DNA of 64,000 nucleotides from Ancylonema sp. (lineage: Eukaryota), in the NCBI GenBank assembly GCA_050230475.1, contig JBFLGF010000074.1, positions 1 to 64,000 of the forward strand. Direction: 5' to 3'. The translations under genes were made by a program, and so were the position numbers. Shown here piece by piece: positions 13,490 through 25,187 of the stretch (positions within the stretch are counted from its first letter, which is position 1; each line of letters opens with the position of its first letter). Below the pieces are notes generated by a model, which was given only the letters and a program-made list of their open reading frames with translations, was not told the origin of the DNA and ran no database searches.

Positions 13490-13850
13490 CCTCAAACATG
13501 GTATCCCAAATATGGTCAGTCAGATATAGATATTGACAAACGCTACTGCTGGCAAGATTGACAAGCACAAGCCCAGGATGGAATGGGGTATAAGCAACTG
13601 GAGGGAATAGATAACGATGAAACAATCGCCCTCACGGTTCGTTTTGAGAGCATTCGGACATTGATTGTTAAGGGGGTAACTCAGAGGTGAAACTTCGACC
13701 GGATGGATGTTTCAACCACATTCCTAAAAGCAGATCTGGAGGAGGAGCCATTCGTGGAGATATCGGAGGGGGTGACACGTGTGGAAGGAGTGGTGTGGAA
13801 ACTCCTCAAATGTATGTACGGTTTGAAACAGTCCCCTCATGGGCATGATT
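13490..13850 (+). mobile_element. Decayed, internally deleted Ty1/Copia relic (RT fragment)
   Basis: aaaca-tggtatc (PBS-like) at about 13494-13505, then GYKQLEGID..TVRFESIR..MDVSTTFLKADLEEE..VWKLLKCMYGLKQSP. Confidence 0.8.
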
Positions 13851-14849
13851 GGTGGTTAAATGTGAATGTTGCCATTCGTGATTGTGAGGGGGATTGTAGT
13901 ATAAGGTAATCAATTATAGCCTTAGAACAAGATTCGCACTGGTGAATAGAATTTTTTATAATGAGATTTGTACTAGCTCCTTATAAAGCGAACGGAAACT
14001 CAAGTTTTAGTAATGTTTGATGTCTTTAAGTTTAATTGACCGTATGCATGCTAGGTTGACTATTGGAATAAGAAGCATCGTTTAAGTCATTCAAACGTAT
14101 AGAAATAAAGAAGTTATACAAATTTCTTATGCATAAAGTTGACAGTTTCAGCAACACATTGCACATTTTGTGCAATTTATAGTTAGCATTGCGTTTGTGA
14201 AACGGTCATTACAAATTATAGTGACGATGGAAGTATTAATTCCAAGCATTGTTCAAGAATGACTAATTCATTCATTGCACATGAGTTCAATGTTATGTAC
14301 TTTCGTGTTTGATTCCATGCGTGAAGTTCAATCGGCATGAGCAAGCAAATATGTATTCGGGGTTGACTCATTTGACATTAAGTTCATGAGTGCCACAACT
14401 CAGTATGGCTGATGGTGCAACATGGGATGCGGATATTTGCATTGCAGACCTCGACCAAGGCAGAGAGTTAGTCACAGGAGTTGGGATAGTAGAGGTGCCA
14501 ATGGGAGTCACCCGGCAGAAGGTGGAGTTCATCCTATCCCGTGGCACGCCTCGCGAACATCGAATGTGATACCAACGGGGTCTGCCATTAGGCCAGATCA
14601 CTCACAACTGGATTTCAGACTCTAAATCTAGTGCAATGCATAGCAGAATATACCATTCACAATTCCCATGTACTAAGACTCAAAATGGCATGGTAACGGT
14701 ATATCGACTACGCGAATTAATTTATTTGTGTCCAATTGTCTTTCCTATGTACTCTGAATCTCATGCAAATTCTCTGAATCTCACAACGAACGCGAACAAT
14801 TGTCTCGTGCACAAAGTGCCGAACCAAACCAATCTGTTTCACTAATTGT

Positions 14850-14995
14850 CACGCGCCCGTCCGAAACGGATGAATATTAACGCGCCCATACGAAACTAAA
14901 TGCGCCCTTGACTAAACCACGCACGCCTGCAGCGAAACTAAGCCGTAATGAAACTAAACACGCCCGTGTCGAAACAACGCGCGCCCTTAAGAACC
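14850..14995. repeat. Degenerate ~21-bp tandem array (cgcgccc....gaaactaaa), possibly a DNA-transposon subterminal repeat
   Basis: About six imperfect copies visible; the transposon origin is inference. Confidence 0.55.
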
Positions 14996-16261
14996 GTACA
15001 ATCAGATTCTAACAACTGACGCTCGCTCGCGCTCGCGCGTCTACTCACTAACAAATTAAACCAAACTTATTCAGATTACAATTATTCCGGTTACCCAAAG
15101 GTTATCCGGAGGTTATCCGAACAGAATGTCGCTGCTTGTAACCGTGGTGGGCACCACATCGTACTGCGCTTTGTTTGGAATGGAATTTATTGCCGCTGTA
15201 GGGGGGTGTTATGATACCTACACTGAGATGTTTAGGTGCAGGCGGGTAGGCCTAGACGGGCTCACTCAGAGTTTCGAAATCTCAGCTCCCTACCACCTCT
15301 CATATCCCCCTCTCATAGCATGCACTTTCTTTGGCGGCCTCATCAGCAACGAAGCGGAGTTGATGGATGTACAAGGCGCAGACAACGACAATGTTCAAAA
15401 AGAGGTGGGCCTGGGCTATCATTTATCCATCCAATTGTTGCGACTGACCCAAGCGTGTGAGCACGAAGAGATGGCCCAGTTGGCGAAGGAGGTGAGGGCT
15501 CGCGACTTGGCACGATGGGGAATTTCCGGGGCTAGGTTGGAATCAGCAACCCAACTTGCCCTTCCAACTTTGACACCTTCATCCGCATGGCTTGGTGCTG
15601 AAGTTTATGGTGCAACCCCTATCAACACTTCTATCTGTCAGATCAGTCCTCAGTCTTTGCGTAACGGTATTCACTTGTTATAGTTTTTTGTTCTAGGAGT
15701 GTTGCGAGCAGCCTTTGCAACGGAACACACCATCCGTTGCTACACCCACGTCCATCGAGATGGCATTAGCCGCCGTATGACATGAGAGGTGCTTCTTCGG
15801 TTGCAGTTGCAGTACCCTGATCCGTTGCAAGACGCTGCAATCCGATCGTTTGACAAACGACTTCCCCAAGCGGTATCATTCATGAGCACCTCTTCCTCAG
15901 TGACTTGGTGGTGCGACACGGACCAATGCATCTCCTAGGCGCTAGCTAGGAGTGCCAAAGCGTCAGCCGTGCCGGATGGCAACAAGGTGCCATAGACCCG
16001 CGCTTTCAATACTTATATGACATGGTGCGCATTGTCAACTACTTCTAGCGGGAGCAAACCTCCCCTCTAGTCTACATTCTAGAGAACACCTACCTCGGCG
16101 AGAAGTGCGCGCCAGCCATCATCAAGGCAAGAGAATTGGTTCAAGTATTCCTCGGAGCACCGATAATAGTGGATGCAGCGGACCTCGGCATAGCATTGCA
16201 TCGTATCCGACTGTTCTGGACCAACTTCATGGATCCAGCAACCCTGCGAGCATCCCTTCCT

Positions 16262-16594
16262 TGTTGAATGCTCTGCTCATTTTACGAGATGGGCAAAAGT
16301 CTATTCTTGTGTCAATTACAGCAAAGACATAGACGCGCAGAATCGATCACGGAGAATGATGAAGTGAGAGCGGCGGCGTACAGAGTGTAAGGATAGACTG
16401 CACTAGAAGTGCGGCTACGAGCACTAAGCTGTCGACCAAAGAGGAGACAGCTTTAGGCGAACGAAGTAAGTCAAATGTGACGCGCGTACAGATAGGGCCG
16501 GGCGGCTCATTTCTGACAGACAAGTACAGTCTAGACTGACGGAAAGTACCGTGTCCGTATCTGCGTGTCACAAGCTAGCATTACGTACTCAACA
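16262..16594 (-). repeat. Copia A 3' LTR
   Basis: Direct repeat of 21164-21498; by eye 8 substitutions and 2 indels. Confidence 0.97.
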
Positions 16595-19500
16595 ACACCC
16601 CCCTAATGCTAGAAAAAAAACTAAGAGTGTACAGAGACGGACACATAGGGAAGGTAAAACTAAGTAAAAACAACGAACTTAGCACCAACCTACCACGAAC
16701 TTAAACCAACTATTTCTTGTTAAAACGAACCACCCCCATGCAGCATGCTTTGTAAGCATATCGGCCCCCATCGGTCCTGAGGTGATTTTCTCGAACACCA
16801 CCTCCTTCTCCCCAGTACCCTGTCCCGGACGAAATGATCGCGCGCCAAGATTTGTTTAGTGCGGGCGTGGTAGACAGGGTTGTTGAGGATGTCCAATGCA
16901 GGTTGGCTGTCCACGCATATCCTCACTGCATAGGCTGCTGGGCTCCCCACCATCTGCTCCTGAAGCTGCCGGAGGAAGCTGGCCTCCGTGGTGGCAGCAC
17001 CGAACTGTAGGTACTCGCTCTCACACAAGCTGAGGCTTGCATTCGGGATGAGCTTGGACTGCCAACTGACAGCAGCTCCCGCGGACAGGAACTCATACCC
17101 CCCCCGGCAGCGACCAGTGTCCGGACAGGTGAGATAGCTGGCATCACAGTACCCCCACAGACGAGTGGACTCCCCCTTTCTGTAAATTAACCCCTCCCCA
17201 CTGGTGCCCTGCAGATAGCGAAGGACGTGCTGGACCCCCTCCCAGTGGGCCCTTCCAGGGTTCCCATTGAAGCGACTGGACGACTGAGGCTGCTCACAGC
17301 AGCTGCGCTGCGATATCATATCATATCCGGGCCGGGCGGGTGCAGACCGCCAGGTACATGAGTGACCCGATCGCACTCCGATAAGGTATGGGGCCCATTT
17401 CGTCTCGTCCACCTCCACCTGGGTTTTGGGCGAATCTGCACCACAGAGTTTGCTGCCGAGGGGAAGGGGGGTGCTAGCAGATCTGGAGCTGTCGACAGGG
17501 TAGCGAGCCAGCACCTCCCCGAGGTACTTCTCCTGCACCAGCTGCAAGTCCCCACCAGGTAATCGCCTGATCTCCATCCCCAGCAAAAACACTGCCTCCC
17601 CTAAATCTTTCATCTTGAACCGACTGTTCAAGAACCCCTTTACCCCTCTTATCTTCTCCATGCAGCGTCCGATGATGAACATGTCGTCTACGAAGAGTCC
17701 CAGCAGCGACCGGTCAGCTCCAGCGAGGACAGCGTAGACGCAGAAGTCTGCTGTACGTCGCACTAACCCGAATTCTGAGAGGGCTCGATCGACATGCAGG
17801 TTCCACATGCGGGAGGACTGCTTGAGTCCGTACAGGGCCTTCCACAGGCGAAGAACCTTCCCTGGCTGCTCCCCCTCGAACATCCCCTCCGGAACCTCAA
17901 GGTACACCTCCTCCTCGAGCTCCGCGTACAGGAAAGCGGTGGTTACTCCATCTGCTGCAGGTGCATCCCCTCGGCTGCAGCAGCAGCGATCATCAGCCTG
18001 ATGGACTCCATGCGCACAGTCGGTGCGTAAGTTTCCCCAAAGTCCACCCCCTCCTGTTGCAAGAAACCCCTCGCCACCACCCTAGCCTTGTATTTTTCAA
18101 CCTCCCCGGACAGACCCCTCTTCCTCTTAAAAACCCACTTGCTCGTGATGACAGGCTTTGTGGAGGGCTGCGGGACGACTGTGAAGACGTTGTTCTCCCG
18201 CAGCGACGCCACCTCTGCAGCGCAGGCACCCCCCCACAGGTTTGCGTCCGGCAGCCTCATTGCGTGCTTGAAAGTTTTGGGGTCTGCAGCGTCGAGCTCC
18301 ACGGCCAGCATGAGCATGTCCTTCATGCGAATGGGGGGAACGCCTCTGTTCTCCCGAAGACTGCGGCGCAGAACCCCCTCAGGTACGACCTCCTCCACAG
18401 CGTCCTCCTCCTCCCCTGCCACGTCGTCAGCAGCTGCGGCAGCGGGCTCCTCCACAGCCTCCACCTCCTCCCCTGGCAGGTCGTCAGCAGCTGCGCCAGT
18501 GATGGAAACGGGCGCAGGGGCAGACTGCACGTCACCATTACCGTTGTCAGGAGAGGTAGGGTCGATAACTTCTGACGCTGTCACAGCAGGGGCTGCAGGA
18601 GGGAGAGCAGAGGGAGGGAACGACAGCAGCTCTTCCTCCTCTGCGTCTGGCACTCTCCACCACCCAGGGCCCACCTCCTCATCGAAATGGGGCGCAGCGA
18701 CGTCGTACACCTTTTTCTTCTCCCAGTCGTAGACGCGGTAAGCCGGGCTGCTGCTGCTGTAGTTGACTAGAACCCCCTTGTACCCACGAGCTCCAAACTT
18801 GCCTTCCCGTGCTGCGTGTTGTTTGTGTAGGGGACAGAACGCCTTGCAGCCCAGCACTCGCAGCTTGGAGAGAAGATCTGGTCTGCGACCAGTCGTCCAC
18901 AGCTCGAACGACGGCGGGGTGGTGCTGGACAGGTGAGACACTGGGGACATGTTGCGTATCATGTTTGCAGCCTGCAGTATCTCTCCCCACAGGAACGACG
19001 GGAGAGCAGCCGCCAGCATGATGGTCCTCGTCTTCTCCTGGACTGTCCTGTTGAAGCGCTCTGCGATGGAGTTTGACTCAGGTGAGTAGGGTGGGGTCGT
19101 CTGGAGTGAAACACCCAGAACTGCCATCTGGTGCTTGAAGTCTGTTGACGTGAACTCCCCCCCGTTGTCTGAACGCAGGTTGAGCAGCCTCTGCTTGCAT
19201 TGAGTCTCCACCAGCGCCTTCCACTCGAAAATTTTTGCAGCTGCGTCGGACTTCCGCTTGATGACGTACACCCACGAGTGCCGCGTAAGACGTCCATCAG
19301 CCCCAGAAAGTAAGATGCCCCCCCTTAGACTGGCAGGTGTGACAGGGCCAGCTAAATCCCATGACCACAAGTTGTAAGGGATGAGATGTGCCATGGTCAA
19401 ATTGAACTGCCCGGGTGAGGGGGACGAAGTGATTTTGGCCAGCTGACAGGAGTCGCAGGGACCTGATCTTGCCTTGTACTTTACTGATGCCTGTGGCCAT

Positions 19501-21163
19501 GTCCTCACGCAGGAGTCGACGCAGCGCCGCTTCCCCACTGTGACCACGACGCCGATGGTGCAGGTCCATGGACAGCGTGGCCACCATCACCTCAGCCGGT
19601 CGAGCAGCTCGCGAGGTAGTCGGCACCGCTTCAGAGGTAGTCGTAGAATAGTCGTGTTGTGGTAGAGCAGCTCGCGAGGTAGGCAGCACCGCTCCAGATG
19701 TAGGCGTCGTGCAGTCGAGGGTGAGTCGGCCCTCTTTGGACCGAGTAAGGAGAGCCACTTGTTCCATGTTGCCGGTGGACGATGGCTTTTGGACGACAGC
19801 CTTGCCAGGGATGAGGTTGACTGTGTAGATCCAGTCGGCAGCAAGCAGTTTTTGCAGTGAAAAAATGTTGAACTGCATTGTCTCGATGAGTAAGAAGATT
19901 GAAAGTGTTAACTGCTGTTTCCCCCCGGCTGAATCCACATGAAGAATAACTGTCCCATGGAATTTGATGTCAATGAAACCCTCGACTTGTTTGATTCTGA
20001 ACTTTTTTGTCATGGGCTCAATGGTGCTGAACATATCCCTGCAATGGCAGATGTGATGGCTTGCTCCAGAATCGCACAGCCAAGTCGTAGATGTAGTGTG
20101 CATATGGCTGGCTGCCAAAATGCTGGCTGAGACATCGATGATCTCAGCCTCACTCGCCAAAGCATGTCCATCTCCACCACTTGTGAAGTCGACAGATGAT
20201 GTGATCTGGCCCCATGGAAAAATGATGCCTCCCCCTCCCCACACGCGTTTCTTTTTCTGGCACATCTTTTCAAGATGCCCAGTCCTCTGACAGAACTTGC
20301 ATCTGGTCCGGGCCAGTCGACAGTCCCTGGCATAGTGGCCTCTATCTCCACAGCAGTAACAGATGCTGCTGCTTGCACCTGGTCTGCCACCCGGTGGACG
20401 CACTGAATCTGCCTGTTTTTGTGCCCACAACACCTCCAACCTCTGAACTGCTGCAGCCTCCACAGCATCAGCAAAAGCTGCAGCTCCATGTGCAGGGGAA
20501 CTGTGCTTCTTCTTGTGCTGCAGATCCTCATCCCTCATGGACTCACACAACTGATCGATGTCTGGCTTGACTTGAGAGTATTGATCGTTGCTCTTAAGTG
20601 CTGAATATCTGTCATTTGGTTCAGAGAGAAGGGCACGCTCGATCTGTTGGGTTGACATAGCCACGTTCTGCTGTAGAGCACGCTCGACCACTGCCTCGAA
20701 CCGAGTGATCGTCTCATCCGCCGATTCAGTCTCATTGTGCTGAAAAGATAGGAAAGCCTTTTGAGCGGCCTCATGCTCCAACTCTGATCTACGAGCAAAC
20801 TTCTGCTGCAGTTTTCGCCACGTGGCAGCGGGGTCATCGATGATGCTGGTGACAGAGTACAGGATGGTGTCGGAGATCGATTCCTGTAAGAGACAGGCAG
20901 CCCTACACGTTGCATTTTCGAAGTCATCGATGGATTGGAGAGCCGCATTGACGAGGGCCTCGTTTCCATTTTCTGATGAGGTGGCCAGTCGAAGTACTGG
21001 CGGCGGTGGGGGACAGAGACGAGTTCCCTTAACGATGTCCCAGACTTTGTTGACCATAAAGACTATTTTCATGCGGCAAGACCAAGCCAAATAATTATCG
21101 GCCTTGAGTGCATAAGACGTTGCTTTAAACCGTGTTCCTTCTGATGGAACAGCTCTGATACCA

Positions 21164-21498
21164 TGTTGAATGCTCATTTTAAGAGATGGGCAAAAGTCTA
21201 TTCTTGTGTCAATTACAGCAAAGACATAGACGCGCAGAATCGATTACGGAGAATGATTAAGTGAGAGCGGCGGCGTACAGAGTGTAAGTCTAGACTGCAC
21301 TAGAAGTGCGGCTACGAGCACTAAGCTGTCGAGCAATGAGGAGACAGCTTTAGGCGAACGAAGTAAGTCCAATGTGACGCGCGGCATTTCTACAGATAGG
21401 GCCGGGCGGCTCATTTCTGACAGACAAGTACAGTCTAGACTGACGGAAAGTACCGTGTCCGTATCTGCGTGTCACAAGCTAGCATTACGTACTCAACA
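21164..21498 (-). repeat. Copia A 5' LTR
   Basis: Abuts the PBS (gctctgatacca on the + strand). Confidence 0.97.
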
Positions 21499-24400
21499 AT
21501 CCTAAACCTTTTCCTCCTTTCTCCCCCTCTAGACACAATCCTCAAGGCCTACCACATTCCCAAGAATCTAGGCCACACTAACCGCCACCCCTTTGCTCCT
21601 CACAACCAACTCGGGTGTGCATGCCTATCGTGGTGTCCTACCTCATGCGAATTCATTCCGGCCCAAAGAGAATGGAGAGCCAAGCGAAGGCGAACTATAA
21701 AGTGCTATTGCGGAGGCGTGGCAGGAGCCGGATGTTAAATCTATCTCTTGCGGATTTCTTTCGCACGAATACTGTTACACACCAGTGCCCATACACTGAA
21801 CATGCACACTTCAATAGAAATGAAGTATCGACTAACATGCATCCGGACTATCGTTTCGACCGGATTAATTATGCCGGAATCGGAACTTAGGCAAATAGAC
21901 AACCTCTTCCTACAATCCCCCTCTTTGTCATTTGACTAATCTAGCCACTTGTCATTCCCATCAACTTCGTCCCAATGTTTAGCACTTTCACCCCTACATG
22001 CTTGGTGAGCTGATCTGCTGCCATCGACAGAGTTCTCACAAACTCCAAACTGAACTCCCCATTTTCCACCTTTTCACGAATAAAGTGGAATCGTATATCG
22101 CACTGTGCTTGCTGCGCTTGTGGAACACCGGATTCTTCCAACTTGATCGACGACTGGTTGTCGACCAGCAGCAATGTCCCACTCTCCCCCGGATTAACCC
22201 CCATCTCCATCTGCAGCATCTTCAAATAAAGCCCCTCCTGCATTGCATGACAGATTGCCATGTATTCTGCCTCCGTGCTACTCAAAGCCACTACCTCCTG
22301 AAATTTTCTCCCCCAGCTAACAGCTGCACCACCACTCATGAAAACATAACCAGACCTCCCCTTCTTAGTTTCTTCCTCACTACCGTAGCTTGCATCACTG
22401 TATCCCCATATTTCAATTTCCTCTCCCGGGGTGTACCCAAGCCCTTCCCCAGCTGTCCCCTTGACATATCGCAACACTCGCTTTGCGGCCTCCCAATGCA
22501 TCATTTGTGGGTTCTGGCTGTATCGACTGAGCGCCGACATAGCCATCGACAAGTCAGGCCTAGTGCAAACCGCCAAATACATCAAACTCTCCACCAGACT
22601 GCGGTACGGAATGTCGACCATCCCGGGGTCCACCCCCTCTGCCACTGGAACCTCCTCTACCCCAAAACTACTTCCGGGTTCGAAAGGAGTCGAGACTGTC
22701 TTGGCAGCAGCCATGCCGTACCTGCTCACCACCTCAGCAGCATACTTTTCCTGCACCATGAAATACCCCCCATCCAGCCTCCTCCTGATTTCGACTCCGA
22801 GCAGAAAATGCGCACTCCCCATGTCCTTCATTTTGAAGTGTTCCTTGAGCCTCTCCTTCACCTCGGTCAGCGACTCCTTGCTGATCCACACGATGAGCAG
22901 GTCATCGACATAAAGCGCCAGAAATATCTTCTCTCCTCCCACCCCGACGACATAAATGCCATGCTCCGTAACAAGTCTCTCGAATCCCATGTCATCGAGG
23001 ACCCTGTCGATAGTCATATTCCACATGCGGGGGGACTGCTTCAAACCGTACATATGCTTTCGCAGCTTCCACACCCGGTTTCCCTCCCCAACCGGTACTA
23101 CCCCCTCTGGGATGTCGACAAAAGTTTCCTCCTCCAACTTCGCGTACAGAATCGCCGTTGCCACATCCATCTGATCCAGCTCCCACCCCATGGAAGCCGC
23201 TAGTGCTACCAGAGCCCGGACACTCTCGAAACGAGCTGTCGGGGCGAAGGTTTCGTCGTAGTCGACGCCCTCCATCTGTCGATAGCCTTTTGCCACAACT
23301 CTGGCCTTGTACTTGTCCAAGTTTCCGCTGGCATCTGTCTTGATGCGAAGTACCCACTTCGTACCAATCACCTTTTTGCCAGCTGGCCTCTCCACCTCCT
23401 CGAAGACTTCATTCTCCCACAAGCTTTGGAGTTCAGCTTCCATAGCTGAAGTCCACTCCTCCACCTTGCCACTCTCCATGGCAGCTGACACCGTCGGCGG
23501 GTTCATGAAGTCTGCGGCCACCTCAAAAATCTCATCGTACCGAGTCGCCGGCACTCCCCGTTACCCCTAGCACTGACTCGAACTCGAGGTGGGGGGCTGT
23601 CGACATCATCGACATCGTCATCATCGACATATGGCAGAAGTGGGGGTAGCTCATCATCACGATGCCACCGCACCGGGAGGGGGAGGGGGTGGGGGAGGGG
23701 GTGGGGGTCCACCCGAAGCGGCTGGGGATCCATCTCCATTCGCAGCCGCAACATCCCCCTGGTAGAGGCACTCCCATCCTCATCATCGGCTAGAAACACC
23801 ACCTGTTCCATCTCCTCCACATTCGCTCCACCCCTCCTCTCCAACCACCAACCCCTCTCCACCGATTCATCGTAGTCTGCCCCCCCTACATTCAGCACCC
23901 TTTTATCTTTCAAGGGGTTCCAAACTCGCACCGAGGGACTGTTTCGGAGTACCCCACCAACACCCCCTCATAACGCACAGCCCCAAGCTTTCCACCCCTG
24001 TCCTCCTGTCGATAGGACAGTACACCTTGCAGCCGAATGATTTCATATGCCACGTTTCTTGCCACCGAGGAGTAACTGACATGCCACTTACTGGTCCCCT
24101 ATTCCGCAAGTAGTTTGCTGCCAAGAACACCTCACCCCAGCAGCCCCCTCCAAGCCCAGCATGCATGAAACATCATCGACCTGGCCCTCTCTTGAAGGGT
24201 CCTATTCATCCTCTCTCTCTGCAACCCCGTCCGTTGCTCTCTCTGCGGTCGTGTCCGAGGTGGGGTAGTTTCATGCTTTACCTTTACCCCCTTTTCAGCT
24301 TCAACCATCCCGACAGGCTATTGCTGCAGAACTCTCTCCCCCACATTGTCTGTTCTGAACTTCACCATTGACTCCCCACACTCTCGTTCTCCACCAGTGA

Positions 24401-25187
24401 TTTCCCCACTCCTTATAAGCCTAGCCTCGAGACATCAGACTTCTGCTTCAGAACAGAAGGATCACCCATGACTTGCGAGAAAAATCATCGAACGAAAAGA
24501 TAACGAGCACCTCCCCAAGACTGCTGTCTCATAGGTCCCGCCAGGTCCGCATGCACCAACTCAAGTTTCTTTGTTGCACGGTACACGTCCTTTGAGGGGT
24601 GTGGCTTGGCAAGCGGCTTCCCCAGCTCACAGCCACGGCATACACCCATCTCCCCAATCACCCCACCTTCAAGTCCACGCACAAGCTCTTCCTTCCCAAG
24701 CCTGAACATTGCCGTCTTCCCCATGTGGCCCAACCTCCGATGCAACAGCTCCATGTCGACAGCTGCCACATGTGCCTCCTCTGCAACCTCCTCCGCGGGA
24801 AGCAACATTGAAGGGAGGGGAGGGATAGGTGGTAGAAGGGTCTTGCCGTTGACGAATGCCCTCCCCTCCGCATCTACTTCCAAGCTCCCCACATACTGGC
24901 CACTCTTGTTGGATCCAATCTTTGCACCTATCTTTTGCTTTTGCTCAACGAGGTAGTCAGCCATCCTCATCTTTTGCAGGCTGAAAAGGTTGACCTTGGC
25001 TAAGGGAATGAACAGAGTGTTGTGCAGATTCAGCACCACAGGAACCCCCTCCTTGCCTGGCACTCCAACTTCACCGTCCCGGTCACATGCACCTCCATCT
25101 CCCCCGACAGCTTGCCTAAGCAGAATTGGATCCTCATGCACCTTGACGTCCCACATTATTAGGCCCAAGTTGCTCACATGCCGAGAG

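Larger units (their letters stand above)
16262..21498 (-). mobile_element. Full-length Ty1/Copia LTR retrotransposon (Copia A)
   Basis: LTRs 16262-16594 and 21164-21498 (TG...CA); tRNA-iMet PBS at 21152-21163; PPT at 16595-16604; flanks ttcct/atcct (4 of 5 match). Gag (NYLAW, CYCCGDRGHYARDC), protease (WLCDSGASHH), integrase (SDNGGEF), RT (YGLKQSSR, LFVDD) and RNase H, with several frameshifts. Confidence 0.97.

Noticed and set aside
14405..14569. 54-codon ORF MADGATWDADICIAD...
   Set aside because: No recognisable motif, splice context or link to the adjacent Gypsy gag.
17961..18732. Long plus-strand ORFs within the Copia elements (also 21998-23203)
   Set aside because: Antisense shadows of GC-rich pol sequence with no independent motifs.
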